From NCBI GenBank assembly GCA_964016885.1, contig OZ024742.1, positions 155,434,001 through 155,498,000 of the forward strand: a stretch of 64,000 bases of DNA, in the 5' to 3' direction. The position numbers and the translations under genes are program-made. The first letter of the stretch is position 1, and each line of letters starts with the position of its first letter. Below, in pieces: positions 14,181 through 29,940 of the stretch. The stretch is from Eledone cirrhosa. Taxonomy: Eukaryota. A model generated the notes under the pieces. The model was not told the origin of the DNA and did not search any database. It was given only the letters and a program-made list of their open reading frames with translations.

Positions 14181-14936
14181 TATATGTGTGTGTGTGTGCG
14201 TGTGTGGTGTGGGTGTGGGAATGAGAGGAATACATACATAGATACAAACAAATGTTTGTATGCATGTATTCCTCTCATTCACTCTTTTATTGTAACAATT
14301 CCGAGATTAGGAAAACATATTTTTGTTACTATTTAAACAGAAAACACGTTAACTGGGATGGGAATGTCAACAATGAATCGGTATTCAATGCGACTATGAT
14401 GAAAGTGGGTCTCTATTAGAAGGTAGAGAAATTAATCTAGATCTATGGAAGAAAGATCGTAGAGGAAAAAATGAATGAAATCTAATAATAATCCAGTCAC
14501 ATCGGTTTCTGTACGTGTTTTTATTTATTTCTTTAAATGTAGAGTTTCATAGATCAGTTATATACAGTAGTTGAAGTGTTGCATTTCCGAAGTACCTAAA
14601 TCGCAGTCCTGCTTAAATATTTGAGTTTGTTTTTTTCGTTTCAGGATTTTATATAAAAAACACTTATTTGTAGGCAGTTTGGTAGATAATTTAGACTACA
14701 AAGGTGTCTTCTATGTATTTATTAGATTCATTTACTTTCGTCCCAAGAACAATATTTGGTTATAATTTTGTTGAAATCTCTCCTTTAAGAAACTGAAAGT
14801 AATCTTGTTTCAAATGTGCAAGTCATACATATATATGTATATATGTATCCACCCACCAACCACTACACTCAAGCGTGAACCTAATATCAACACTGCTCGT
14901 AATGCACTCCTTGTTTTTGTTTTGTTCTTTGCCAAC

Positions 14937-15316
14937 ATGTTTTAAATTAAACAAACGGTATATTGCCAAATATACTGTACTTACATTCATGTATAGATCG
15001 CTATTTCAGAGCACCAATCCTAATACCTAATTTTTGGTGGAGCGGCCATCGCTCTGTATAATCAGCTACTGATTATTACTGGAATTCTATAAGCATCCAG
15101 CTTCTATAATCTTGGGCGGAAGCTGCGGGCGTGTGGCTCTGATGATCGCCAAACAGCGTGAAACAGGTTGTTAGCTTCTTTCCTTTCTTTCGCCGAAAAG
15201 AAGTACGTGATATAATCACTGCTTTAAAACCGATAGCGTATGTTCTTCTAATGTTTTTAATTAAACATACGGTATATTGCCAAATGTAATACACACACAC
15301 ACACACACACACAAAG

Positions 15317-15348
<32 letters not shown>

Positions 15349-15434
15349 GTATTACATTTGGCAATATACAGTATATTTAATTAAAAACATTTAGAAGAAC
15401 ATACGCTATCGGTTTTAAAGCAGTGATTATATCA
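14937..15434 (+). mobile_element. Family E HHR element: partial tandem (period about 314 bp) plus inverted end across a CA/TA tract
   Basis: atgttttaaattaaac..ggtatattgccaaat occurs at 14937 and 15251. 15349-15434 is an inverted copy of about 15208-15292. Homologous to 50000-50282. Confidence 0.8.
15135..15176 (+). ncRNA. Type I hammerhead ribozyme (family E, C3-G8)
   Basis: ggct-CTGATGA-tcgc caaaca gcgt-GAAA-ca ggt tg-TT-agct. Confidence 0.75.
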
Positions 15435-15719
15435 TATATTATAACGCCTAATTATATCATATATATATAAATATATATATATATGATATAATTAGGCGTT
15501 CGTAAGTATGTACACACACCACATACAAACATACACACATATACTTTCTTACCCCATTAGAGATAGTTGTAAGGATTTCCTTCTTAACACCTGACAGGCT
15601 TTGCACCAACAGGTCAGGGCGTCATCTTACTCTCTTCTCTTTGTTCTACAGGCCAGTTCAACCACCCGCCGCTATTGAGGAATTTAACCATGTACATGAT
15701 ATCCCTGAATCATTGACCA

Positions 15720-16293
15720 CTCCCCATGACAGATATGTCGCTGTGGATCCGGCGTGGACTCTTTCGGTCTCCACCCGCATTCCTGTCACCACAGTGCCGG
15801 CCGCCTTCCACGCAATTCTGCGCTCAACGAGGTCATAAAATATGTCTCGGACGTTGCAGACTTCCCTTTCCCAGCTCGGGCCGTTGGGCTGGACCGAGGG
15901 GACGGCAAAAGGCCAGATGGTATGACCATCTTCCCGTTCCGCGGTGGCAAACCCCTCGTCTGGGATGCCACTTGCACCGACACTTTCTCCAGCGTCACAA
16001 TGCAGGATGTGAATAACCCAGGTACTGCTGCAAGTCGGGCTGAGTAGGCCAAACTCTCCAAGTACCGGTCGCTCTCCGACAGGTTCGCGGTTGTGCCCTT
16101 GGTAGTGGAGACTCCTGTCGTTCTCGGCCCGAGGGCTACTTCCCTACTCATCACCATAGGCGCTGACCTGGCCAGGCGCAGGTGAGAGCTTCGCGAGCTG
16201 GAATGGCTTTTCCAGCGCTTCTCCCTTACCATCCTCGGGGGAAACGCCTTCTCCATTCTGTCCCCCGGGGCTGTGTGGAGGCCAGCAATATGA
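15720..16293 (+). pseudogene. 3' fragment of an RLE-type non-LTR retrotransposon (CRE-like restriction-like endonuclease domain)
   Basis: DGKRPDGMTIFPFRGGKPLVWDATCTDT...AASRAE*AKLSKY...VPLVVET...FQRFSLTILGGNA; in-frame stops. Confidence 0.85.
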
Positions 16294-16703
16294 TTGATTG
16301 ACTTGTCATTTCATCAGTCCGATGTTATGTACTAGCATATATCTGTTACAACAATAACATTCTCATGGTTGTACTTGCGATTAGGTCGAAGGAGACTGAT
16401 ACATGTTGCCATGATGAGTTCGTCTATTCACTGATATTTAGCATTTAATATGCTAAACTTCAATTCAAATGGATATAAAACAAACGAGGGAAAGAATATA
16501 TTTTCGGCGTGTATAAGTCAAAAAGGGTAGCGTAGAGTATTTATATTAGGTTTTCGTTATCTAACACTTGTCTAAAAAGACAATCATTTATATTTTATTA
16601 CTAATTCAGTCACCCTTGATAAGTTCATCTAGATTCCCGCCGTCTTAATACGGCTGGCTTAGTTCCTGACTCTATTCCTATCTATATATATTTATATATA
16701 TAT

Positions 16704-17232
16704 ATACAGACGCACAGTAGTATGTATATATATATATACATACATGCACACATATATATATATATGTACGTACGGATTCACCGAACATTTATTATAATGC
16801 TCGGTGTGTTTGTAAACAAACATCCCAAATTAAGCCGTACAGTGTCTAGCAACCATCGTTGCTCATTTTTTCAACACTGACAAAGGAACGCTGTACTAGT
16901 TTCAAGCTTATTAGCTATCGTCAGCAACGTATACCTTCCTGCCAGATGGTTGAACGTCTGAAAGTATATACTTTCCTTATGCATATTAGCGGCTGAGCAG
17001 CCTAATTTGCATATCGAGTGAGTTAATCGGCCGGGGTACCGAAAACGATACACGGAAAAAATAAAACAAAATTTCATTTCTCACTCTTAGTACGGCTGTT
17101 ACTTAAATATAAGTATGTATACGTACATACATATATGTATACAGACGCACAGTAGTATGTATATATATATACATACATGCACACATATATATATATATAT
17201 ATGTACTTATGGATACACCGAACATTTATTAT
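16704..17232 (-). mobile_element. Family F HHR element, partial tandem (period about 435 bp)
   Basis: acagacgcacagtagtatg occurs at 16706 and 17141; homologous to 59542-60210. Confidence 0.8.
16888..16930 (-). ncRNA. Minimal type I hammerhead ribozyme (family F)
   Basis: Minus strand: acgttg-CTGACGA-tagct aata agctt-GAAA-ctag-TA-cagcgt. Confidence 0.85.
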
Positions 17233-17282
17233 GTACCAGTAATGTACTGGTCATTTGCTGGCCTTGTGCCAATAGTAGAAAC

Positions 17283-17334
<52 letters not shown>

Positions 17335-17418
17335 CCCTGTACATTACTGGTACTTTATTTTATCGACCCCCTAAAGACGAAAGGCAAAGTTAACCTCGGC
17401 GGGATTTGAACTCAGAAT
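17233..17418. mobile_element. Two SINE fragments of the 32449 family around (TA)n: plus-strand 3' end and minus-strand core
   Basis: gtaccagtaatgtactgg...agtagaaacaatt at 17233; reverse complement of tctgagttcaaatcccgccgagg...gtcgataaaataaagtacc at 17335-17418. Confidence 0.75.
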
Positions 17419-18014
17419 ATATTTATCTATATAATAATAATAAATTGTGGAGGAGGGGAAGAACACGAGTTAGTATATATATATATATGAAAACAGGGAG
17501 AAAGAGACGATTATTAGGAAGAACAATCTTTTTTTTTTTCCTATTTTATTTCTCTCTCTCTTTTTTCTGGGTTAGCAAATGATTAAAACGAAATGTTTTA
17601 CTTTGTGTGAAGCCTTAACGTATTAGTTGATTTATTTATTATTTAACAATGGCATTTATTTATCTATTTATATATTTAATAATTGTCTAAATGCGGTTTC
17701 AGCATTGTTATGCTTTATCAAATGATAGCGAAATGTATTAGTGTGGTGTCACTCATGTAAAAGAGAAGGTGCAGAAAGAATAATGTTATTTAAAATCAAG
17801 GTTTATGAAGTGAAAGGAAAAAAGAAAAAAAGAAAATGGAAACGGGCATAATGTAGAGCATAAAACGTCAATGTGGAAGACAAAAATAACGTTATTTACA
17901 GGAAGAGTTCTTGAAGTTAAGCAGATCAAAATGTGTTAATATAGCAAGAGTGCTTAGTTGACCCATGATTCCATTTTCCTCCATCATGGAATCATAGATC
18001 AACTAAGCACTCTG

Positions 18015-18445
<431 letters not shown>

Positions 18446-18459
18446 GAGGTATGGCCACC

Positions 18460-18930
18460 GTTCTACCCATCGTAAATAATCGGATCCCCCAGAGCAATAT
18501 CCAATCTTTCGCATCGTACAACACACTCTACGGCCACCCTGGTAGATCTTTAACTAACTGCAACTGTAGATCCCCTTTTGACTGCCCCCTCAACAACCGC
18601 AGTCTAGTCTTTGGAGTGGTCTATAGCTGTACCGTCACGATCGAAAGAGAGAAATTTGTGTATATGAGTTCCACAAGTACCGAGTTCAAATCCCGATTCT
18701 GCAGCCACATGTGCTCTTTTAGACACAGAAGCAAGAGGTCCAACAGTGATCTTGCCGAGTCCGTGTAGAGGCTCAACGATGAGAACCGGAACTTCAAATT
18801 GAGGTGGAACATTATCCGTTCTGTGACCCTCCGGGGTCTCGGCTGCGGGGTGTGTCGGCTCCGTATATGTGAGCGTGTGGAGAAACTAAAGCTACGCGTG
18901 TGGGCGATCAACTATAGGTTCAAGATCCTG
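18460..18930 (+). pseudogene. Penelope-like element C-terminal GIY-YIG endonuclease fragment
   Basis: [27 protein letters not shown]...[23 protein letters not shown]...DLAESV*RL...LRWNII...CGVCRL. The CNC..CPL, VVY..Y(I)G.T..FK.R..H..SF pattern is typical of PLE endonucleases. Confidence 0.85.
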
Positions 18931-19418
18931 AGTAATTGAATGCCTCGAAGGACCCATCTGTTAGCCCATCTCTCAGTTGTGCACGAGGGGCCAATGTCTT
19001 ACTTAGGGCACTACCGACCCTGTCATGCCACAGAGAATGCGTGTGCGTAGGTATTTTATGCACGTTTGTGTGTATGTATGTGATCGTATATACGTGGATA
19101 TAATTCTTTATTTCTTTATTCATATCCACTAATTTTGTTTTTGTTTTTCTTTATAATGGTTTTTTTCTGGTAATACTCGAGAGAGGTGCTACCGTTAAAT
19201 TCAAGACCGGTGTTTGGTCATTCTATATGATTGTTTGTATTTTGCTGGTTCGTCTACAGATTTGATCTGACTTTTGTAGTGTTAAAAATGTTGTCTTGGA
19301 GTCTCTTCGGGGTGCCATCCCAGATCATGAGCCAGCTGCATGAGTAACATTTGCAACCAGGAGTGAGCAATGAACCCCCTATGTAACATCACTTTGTTTA
19401 TATTACACGCATACACAG

Positions 19419-19455
<37 letters not shown>

Positions 19456-19490
19456 TACTCACACACACACACACACACACATACACATAT

Positions 19491-19529
<39 letters not shown>

Positions 19530-19531
<2 letters not shown>

Positions 19532-19838
19532 CAAAAGGGATATTTAATTTGTTGGTAATTCAACAAATATAAATATGTTTATAACTGATTCAGAGCACTC
19601 GACAAGTTTTCTGGAGTATAATATTTCGTGATATTAAATAAATGGAAACTATATTTTAGACTATCCAGGAAAAACTTGAACCGTTACGGTATTTTTTCTT
19701 TGTTATGTCAAAATTTATAAAACAAACTTTGTATTTTATCTGATGAGTGCGTACCAAACTTTTGGTACCCTTGAATTATATATAATAGAATAAATATGGT
19801 GTTATAAATACATTTTCCATTTATTTAATATCATTGAA
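19530..19838. mobile_element. Family I inverted HHR element in (TA)n
   Basis: Long-tail end on the left and short end on the right; homologous to the copies at 22263, 31646, 38882 and 62900. Confidence 0.8.
19732..19792 (+). ncRNA. Hammerhead ribozyme (family I), GAAA mutated to GAAT
   Basis: tattttat-CTGATGA-gtgcgtaccaaa ct tttggtaccctt-GAAT-tatata-TA-atagaata. Confidence 0.7.
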
Positions 19839-21201
19839 TATATATATATATATATATATATTTATTGTAAATGTCAATCTATAGTATGTAGCACTAATAT
19901 TAAGACAACATTTTATTTAAAAAGAACAATAAATCAATGTGTCAAATCCTATGTTTCACATATGGCCGTGTCGTTGTAATGTGTTGTGCTGTAGCACGTG
20001 TTTTCTGCTAGATATTATTAATCGTTACAACGCAATTGTTCCTTCATTTGTTCGTGTATATAAAATGATGTAAGCGACATTCACTAAAATTCATTGAATG
20101 GATTCGATACATTTTTCTATACCAGATATTATACTGACAATCTAATGAAATGCAATTATGGTTCCCTACAGCTCATTAGGTTATTCGTCATGTTTTATAT
20201 GATCTGCCTATTATTAGAGCTTATTGAAAGTAAATAATGACCGTGTTTGCCCCAACAGGTGTTTATACAATACACATACCTGTGGAAGTCCATTCAAAAT
20301 GCTTACTTATAAAGAATTTCGTTTAGAAGCGAGCAATATTATTCTAGCTTGATTTCTACATGGATGTATTTAATTGTAAACACCAAACTCAATTGATAAC
20401 ATCAATGCCAGTATTTGCTATTTTTTCATGCTTTAGCAATCTTTAGTTGCCCAAGAGGGATGTATTATACAAAGCTTCTTTTTCAATAAAAGTAATATAC
20501 AATATCAAATAAACTTTGAACATTTGTTAAATGATTTATGTCAACATGTCATATATATAAAAATATATCCTACGAAATCTTTTCAAAGAGAAACCAAGGT
20601 TGATTTACATAAAGATAACTATGTACATTCAAGTAACGGAATGTTTGACAAGATACCACCATATCAAAATACAAATATATTTAACCTAGAATTTATACCA
20701 AATATTTTATTATTTCAGAAAATTTAAACCATATAAATGGAATAAACTTACGTTAATTCCACTCCGTAGAGCATGAATAAAAGAATATACATTTTTAGCG
20801 ATTAGTAAAAGGAAATACTGTGGGTGGCGTAGACCTGAAAGCCACTTCTTTTTAACTTACATCCATCACTGTTCAAAGATATATCTTAGCTTTTCAAATT
20901 ACGTCCTGCCACCTCGAATCTAGAGAGATAAATATATATGGAAACTTATATATTTATATGAATGCATACGAATATAATGCTTATTATGAATTCTAAATAG
21001 AGTTCGTGGTTATGACCTTAAGCCGTATCAACGATGTTACATTTCTGCTCCAAAAACTGAATTTAGTTGGGGTGTTTCAAGGATGTATCGTAAAGCTATT
21101 TTCAGAATTCTTGTTGGCCCACCCGTATCCATCTGTTTAAACGGTAACTGCAATTGCATGCATTGCCGATAGCGGACCTATGTCACTTTAGTAAGGAACG
21201 A

Positions 21202-21259
21202 TCTACTGAAGGCTGGTCTGGTGAGATTATTTCTTATCGCCCCGAAACAGCTGTATGGG
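21202..21259 (+). ncRNA. Degenerate minimal hammerhead in a separate (CA/TA)-anchored repeat
   Basis: tcta-CTGAAGG-...ggtgaga ttatt tcttatc..-GAAA-cagctg-TA-tggg. Palindromic helix III; A9 position altered. Confidence 0.5.
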
Positions 21260-21309
21260 CATTGGGTATAGTTTCTTACTATCATCATGTAACTTACACA
21301 CACACACAC

Positions 21310-21364
<55 letters not shown>

Positions 21365-21372
<8 letters not shown>

Positions 21373-21480
21373 AATTAAAATAAATAAGTCAAATATTTAA
21401 AATTTGGCTTCGTTCATTACTGCTATATATATTTCGGTGACAGCCATATTTGGCTTTGACCTCTTAGCAGTCCGAATTAG
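21365..21480 (-). mobile_element. Family J pLTR 3' end with core-deleted hammerhead (21419-21471)
   Basis: Reverse complement of 29930-30050; abuts (TA)n. Confidence 0.8.
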
Positions 21481-21704
21481 CTTTCAGTCCTCAGCATGAA
21501 ACAATCCTGGTGTATTTATTGACAGTGGATTTTAAAAACAAAAATATAATCTATATGAAAGTGAGGCTGGAAAACGAATAAGGAAAGGGAAAATAATAAA
21601 TGTAAAAGTAGATAAACACACATGCACACACACACACACAAACGCACACACACATATACATGCACACATACATATATATATATATATTTACATACACACA
21701 CATG

Positions 21705-21770
<66 letters not shown>

Positions 21771-21829
21771 TACATATATATACATATATATATGTATATC
21801 CATACATAGGCATACACATAAATACACAA

Positions 21830-21876
<47 letters not shown>

Positions 21877-22230
21877 CACACAGATAGTCATGCATAGATA
21901 CACACGTACATACACACACATACATACACACATATATACACGCATACATACGCACACACATGTATAGATATATGTACACACACCTACATACGCACACACA
22001 CAATTAATTATCAGAAAAAACAAAAAAAAACAATCAACAACCATATAATGCAATAGGCCGTCACATAATAAACAATATACAACTTAAGAAAATAAAAATT
22101 ATTATAAAGTTCACAGCGATACAGGAAAGGACAGAAATAAATAAACAAACATACGTCGTAAGAAATACACACATTTACACATACACATGCATACATATAA
22201 ATATACACACACACACACATAAACACACAT

Positions 22231-22263
<33 letters not shown>

Positions 22264-22303
22264 CGATATTAATAAATGGAAACTATATTTATAAAACCAT
22301 ATT

Positions 22304-22368
22304 TATTTCATTATACATATTTCAGGAATACCACATTAAATTATGGTATGCCTTCATCAGACAAAATA
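22304..22368 (-). ncRNA. Hammerhead ribozyme (family I)
   Basis: Minus strand: tattttgt-CTGATGA-aggcatacca...tggtattcct-GAAA-tatgta-TA-atgaaata. Confidence 0.8.
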
Positions 22369-22780
22369 CAATATATAACAGTTTTACAAATAGCTTTGAC
22401 GTACCCTTTTAAAATACAACCATTCCTTTTGGAGGCTGTCTGGATAGGGATTTGTTTACATTGTTTTAATAAGTCATAGTGTTAAGTACAATTAGAAAAA
22501 GACGGAGCGAAAGAAAAAGAAAAAGACGGAGATAGAGAAAAGAACAAAGACGAAGATAGAGAAAGAAAGAGAAAGAAAACCTGGAGAAATATCGGAGAGA
22601 GAAATGTATGGAGAAAAGAAATAGATTTTCTTTTTCTTTCTCTCCGTCTTTTCCTAAGTGTGCTTAACACTATGACTTATTAAAACAATGTAAACAAATC
22701 CCTATCCAGACAGCCTCCAAAAGGAATGGTTGTATTTTAAAAGGGTACGTCAAAGCTATTTGTAAAACTGTTATATATTG

Positions 22781-22845
22781 TATTTTGTCTGATGAAGGCA
22801 TACCATAATTTAATGTGGTATCCCTGAAATATGTATAATGAAATA
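22781..22845 (+). ncRNA. Hammerhead ribozyme (family I)
   Basis: tattttgt-CTGATGA-aggcatacca...tggtatccct-GAAA-tatgta-TA-atgaaata. Confidence 0.8.
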
Positions 22846-22884
22846 AATATGGTTTTATAAATATAGTTTCCATTTATTAATATC

Positions 22885-22966
<82 letters not shown>

Positions 22967-23611
22967 ATGTGTGTTTATGTGGGTGTGGGTGTGTGTATAT
23001 TTATATGTATGCATGTGTATGTGTAAATGTGTGTATTTCTTACGACGTGTGTTTGTTTATTTATTTCTGTCCTTTCCTGTATCCCTGTGAACTTTATAAT
23101 AATTTTTATTTTCTTAAGTTGTATATTTTTTATATATGAAATAGATACTACAGGTCATTCTTAAATTGAGGAATTTATGTGGAGTGGTGCTACTGAAAAT
23201 TATGGTTGGAGTAGAAAATTTACAAATAAAAAGGCTTATGTAGGTTGGCTTGCACTACACTCACACACACCTCCACAGACACACACACACTTCCAAACAT
23301 ACAAGAAGTGGGGCTGGTAATACTTAATATAATGGTTACAGTCCAATACTTAGATAGTTTAGAACATTTAGAAATAAAGGGTTTATGCTGGTTCACTTGT
23401 ACATACACTCACACCTACATATATATATATATATATGTTGTGTGTGTGTGTGTGTGTACTTATGTATATATATATATTTTTATATTTTTGTATGTATATA
23501 TTTTATATATATATATATATATGTGTGTATACTTGTGCGTACATGCATGCATATGTATATATGCACACCTGTATGGATTTGTGTGTGTAGATGTGTGAGT
23601 GTTTGAGGGGG

Positions 23612-23673
<62 letters not shown>

Positions 23674-24214
23674 TGTGTGTATGTACATGTTTATATGTAT
23701 GTATGTATGTGTATGTGAAAATGTGTTGCTTACCACGTGTCTTTATTTATTTGTGTCCTTTCCTGTATCGTTGTCAACATTATAATAATTTTTATTTTCT
23801 TAAGTCGTATATTATGTGCCGGCCAATTGCATTATATTGTTGTTCATTGTCTTTTTTTATTTTTTCTCATAATTCACTGTGTGTGAGCGTATGTATGCAT
23901 GTATATATGTGTGTATGTATGTGTGTGTATGTACGTGTGTATATATGTATGATTATGTGTATATATAAATATATATATGAGAATTAGAACCCTGTAACCA
24001 TTAAGCTCTAAGTATAAAGTACAAATAAATACTGTGCCGATTAACAATATATAGTAAGAAACACAGTAAACCGTGTGTCTAAAATTACAAGGGTTGAAAA
24101 ACCACATATGCTTGAAATATTTAACCACGAAACAGACAGAATGACAGAATGAAAATAAAAATATATTATCATAATAACCATTATATCTCTCGGACAGATT
24201 ATCCCTAATCTGTT

Positions 24215-25330
<1,116 letters not shown>

Positions 25331-26776
25331 GGTGGATGTGTGTGTGTATGTATGTGTGTGTGTGTGTGGGTGTGTGTGTATATAAACGAAGTTAATTTTA
25401 ACATGTTGAATTATAATTCATGTGTATATAAATATATATACACAAAAATAGTGAGTCAAAAGGTTAAATTTAACTTCTTTTATTCATATTCGCTGCAATA
25501 TATATTTCGGAGATAACCATTTTGCAAGAACTATGACCTCAACAGGCAGCTAGAGCTTCAACAGAAGAAACACGAAAACATAATGGTGGAACAAAGTTTA
25601 CCTTGTTATTTCGTCGATATGCCCACTTCCGAAGAGTGGTGTTGTTTTGTCAAAGAACTGGTGGCATATACATTAGAATGGATGACCTCAAGCATCGGAA
25701 GAATATACCATTCTTTCATTGGTCAGATATTATCTTAACACTCCAGTACCAAATCTATTGAAGTTATTAGGTCAGTTATCTCTGAAACAGTTCAGACTGC
25801 TATGGGTTTTTTTTAACAACCAGCTATGATAACTGTATATACCTAGAAAATAGGGGTGTTTTCGTCTAGGTGACCTAACTGACCTTAGTGGTAGTGTTGT
25901 AAAATGGAAAACTCCTACCACTCATTTTGCGTAAGTATTGTAGTTTCTAGTGAATAATGCATGTATGTAACCGGGTATGGGTTCATCTGGGAGTGTGAAC
26001 GCTTATCTATATCAATAGTTTTGATTGTTAGCGATGTTAAAATGATAACTCTAGATGTTAAAACTTATAAAGGTTAAAGTTTATAAGTGTTAAACATTAT
26101 AATCATGTTGTAAACATTTAGTACATAGACGCAAGCACACATGTACGTACCTCCACACGTACACACACACATATATATATATATATAGATGAGCACACAC
26201 ATATATCAATACATGCACGTAGATCCAACATATCTATGTACACATATATACACATACATACACATACGTACAGACATACACAGACACATAAGTGCCATTG
26301 AGAGGGGTCGAAAAAGAAATAATAGGTACGTGTTATTTACTTATCACAGTTAGTACTGACTTCTTATGTGCGAAAGTGATTAGGTTGGAGGTAGCTTGTC
26401 CTTCGGAGAACTGGATCACATACCTGGAATGGATAGTAAAGCTCGGTGATCGGGAAAGTGGGGTGCATGGAGATACCCAGGATAAGACTATGTCAACGTA
26501 TATTATGTCGCTCACTAGCTAGTGGCTGTTTATCTAGCTTACTACTAAGTGTGTGACAAAAAAAAGGGAGAAGCACTGCAATCTGAGGCACAGCCCTAAC
26601 AGCTAAGTAATTACAGCTCTGTGGTGTTTTAAACAAGAAGAGAGGAGAGATATAAGTAGAGTGGACGGGGTTGGTATCTATGGGAGTCAGTGAGGTGGGT
26701 TGCTATCCATATAGCCTGAGGAAAGTAGCAGCCTTATGTGTCTATATGTACCAAAGAAATATCCGCTGCGATTGAT

Positions 26777-26818
<42 letters not shown>

Positions 26819-26949
26819 CATGCATAGAATTCAATATATTTTGTCTCAACAATATTTACTGATGGATTATTTTACTATATATATATATATATATATAAAA
26901 TACATGCACCCCCTCCCCTCACACACACTTATATGTGTATATATATATA

Positions 26950-27010
<61 letters not shown>

Positions 27011-27156
27011 TTTTAGTATATGTTGGTTGTTTACCGACACCCTAGTATGCAGAATGGAGCACTCGACGAGGTGCGCAGGTTGGTTTGGTTACTCCGGAGT
27101 AATGTAAAATAAATAAAAAAAATAAGTCAAATATTTTAAATTTGGCTTCGTTTATT

Positions 27157-27211
27157 ACTGCTATATATATATCGGTGACAGCCATCCTTGGCCGTGACCT
27201 CTTCAGGCAGT
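27157..27211 (-). ncRNA. Hammerhead ribozyme (family J), GAAA mutated to GATA
   Basis: Minus strand: actgc-CTGAAGA-ggtcacggccaaggatggctgtcacc-GATA-tatata-TA-gcagt. Confidence 0.7.
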
Positions 27212-27539
27212 ACGAATTAGTGCGGTAGGGACGAGTACACATGTTGTTGAGGTGTTTAAATTTGTCAATACTCTGATATGCCCAGTCCCTGGTTGTTTTG
27301 TTGTTTCTATGAATCATAGGAATTTAAACAAACGAATTTCAGCGTCAAAGGAAATCCTCTACTCCCATTGGTCAGTTGTGAGAACATTCCTCAGTCAAAA
27401 TTCTATAGAAATTCCATCTGAGAAGAGGTAATCTGTAGTGGTTGTTTTTGTTATTGTTAAGTACATCTATGCCCTCTTAGTAATGAATACCTTAGGAAGA
27501 ACATAATATACGGATGTAGAGTAAAAAAAACCCAAATCT

Positions 27540-27856
27540 GAACACATTTAGATAGGAGCCACATAAACGAGCTTAAAGTCCGTTGATATAACCATGGCCA
27601 TTCCTTCAACAAGGAGGTCAACAGGAAAAGTACGGCTCTTTCCGAACTGATCTGGAAGCTTAAGCTGGACAGGACCCTATACTCTCTAGCCTGGTCCATA
27701 ATCAGGAAAGTACCAACTGATAAAGGGGGATCTGGCATCTGCAAAGTTTGTCTGAGCGAGACACTCGAGATACTAAGAGGTGGAAGCCCCCTGATAAACC
27801 TCAGAACCGACTTTTTCGGAACATGTAAACACCTCAGGGCCGTGAGCTTCCTCTAG
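27540..27856 (+). pseudogene. PLE GIY-YIG endonuclease C-terminal fragment
   Basis: *IGAT.., then after a frameshift LKVR*YNHGHSFNKEVNRKSTALSELIWKLK...LAWSIIRK...GICKVCLSETLEIL...LINLRTDFFGTCKH. Confidence 0.85.
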
Positions 27857-28102
27857 CTATACGGACAGTAACAACACACTGGGATCTGAACTGCCCTCAA
27901 GCTATAGGGACTTCTCCAGAACATGCTGACACCTCTGGACCGGAGCTCCCTCAAGCTATATGGACAGTAACAACACAATAGGTTGGATCTCCCCTGAAGC
28001 CATAGGGAACGATCCGGGACGAGCAGACACCTCAGGGCCGGGAACTTCCTCAAGCTATACGGATAAGAACTAAACACTGGGATGGGAACTTCCCTCTAGC
28101 TT
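27829..28102. repeat. Diverged ~99-bp tandem repeat (about 2.8 units) at the PLE ORF end
   Basis: cacctc..gg.cc..gagcttcctc.agctatacggacagtaacaacaca recurs at about 27830, 27930 and 28028. Confidence 0.75.
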
Positions 28103-29940
28103 CAATGACAGAAACCAGTCCCACCATACCACTGCCCCGATCGGCCCCCGTGACAACACATACATACATGGATACTGTTATTTAAGATCGTACATGCACA
28201 TATACTTACATGTGTGTGTGCGGGTGGGTGGGTGCGCGTGGTGCATGTGGGGGGGTATATGTATGTGTAAGTGTGTGTATGTGTGTGTGTGCGTGTGGGT
28301 TTAGAGTGGGTGTGTATGTGCGTGGGTATGTGTGTGTGGGGGGGGGGGGCATTGGGGATGCAACCGGACCTGTGCCTGTGCGTGTGTGCTTGGAACGATG
28401 TGAGTTGACATACACGAATATGAGCTCCATACCAAAATGGGAACTGTAGTCCTCCGCATTTCCTGATTTCGACACCTGGGTTATGGGCTATTACAATCCA
28501 CTCTTGTCTTACCTGCTCTTAATACACAACACACCATGATAGTCTACAGATTGATTCTAACACAGCCTTTCTAATTTGGCCAACATTTTCCAAATCTTTC
28601 TAACTTTGAGATTGGTTATAACACACACATTTTATTTGAATATCTTATTTTATTCTTTTATCATCTTATTTCTTCTACCATTTTATCATTTGTTTGTGTA
28701 CTTATTTGCTTATATTATATTATTTTATACACCGGGTCGATAAAATAAAGTACCAGTAATGCACTGTATAATTGCTGGCCTTGTGCCTAAAGTAGAAACA
28801 ATTATATTATTTTATTTATTTTACTCTACTTTACATCTTTATTTCTTTATTTTATTCTTATTTGTTAGTCTTTTACCTTTACATTTTATTGTATTGTTCT
28901 CTTCATTTTTTAATTTTTTTTATTTTTCATTCATTTTTTATTTACTTCATTTTATTGCCTTTCATTCCTACATATGCTTGGCACAATCCGCCCACCCCCT
29001 CCACCACCACTACAAGAAATAGTGGCAGGATGGATACCAACACACACACACAAACCCTTCTAAAATCAGTCGCAGTAAGACTTAAGCTGACCGCAGCACC
29101 AACACCAGTGCCAACATAAGGGTAGAGGTTACGTGTACTTAACAATAACAAAAACAAACACTACAGATCGCCTCACCTAAGAAAGTATGTCTATAGACTT
29201 TTCACTGAGGAATGATCTCACAACTGACCAATGTGGGGAGAGGATCTTCCAAAATCTTTCTAACTTTGAGATTGGTTATAACACACACACATTTTATTTG
29301 ATTATCTTATTTTATTCTTGTATCAGCTTATTCTTTCTAACATTTTCTTTTGTTTGTTTACTTATTTGCTTATATTATCTCATATTATTTTATTTTATTC
29401 TATCTTATTTTATTTTATTTCACTTTACTCTATTTTTCTTTATTTTATTCGTATGTTTTAGTCTTTTACCTTTTCATTTCATTCTATTATTTTTGTATTA
29501 TTTATTATTTATTTTTTATTTTTTTCATCTTATTGCCTTTTATTTCTTCATATGGCTGGCAACCACCACCACCACGAGAAATGGTGGCAGGATAGATGCC
29601 AACACACACAGGTCCTTCTAAAATCAACAGCAGCAGGACTTAAATCTGACCGCGGCATCAACACCACTACCAACATAAGGGTCAACAATAACAAAAAACA
29701 ACCACTACAGATTACCTCGACTCAGAAGGAATTTCTATAGATTTTTGACTGAGCAATGTTCTCACAACTGACCAATGGGAGGAGAGGATGTCCTTTGACG
29801 CTGAAATTCGTTTCTTTAAATTCATATGATTCCACAACCTCATAGAAACAACAACCCAACCAGGAACTGGGCATATCAGAGTATTGACAAAGTTAAATAC
29901 CTCAACAACATGGGTACTCGTGTCTACCATACTAATTCGG

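Larger units (their letters stand above)
22263..22885. mobile_element. Family I head-to-head inverted element with two hammerheads
   Basis: Near-perfect arms 22263-22487 and 22662-22885, both ending in (TA)n. Confidence 0.9.

Noticed and set aside
25520-25960. Moderately GC-rich stretch that could be a host exon or transposase remnant
   Set aside because: No recognisable motif in the plus-strand frames I translated and no splice evidence; needs BLASTX or RNA-seq.
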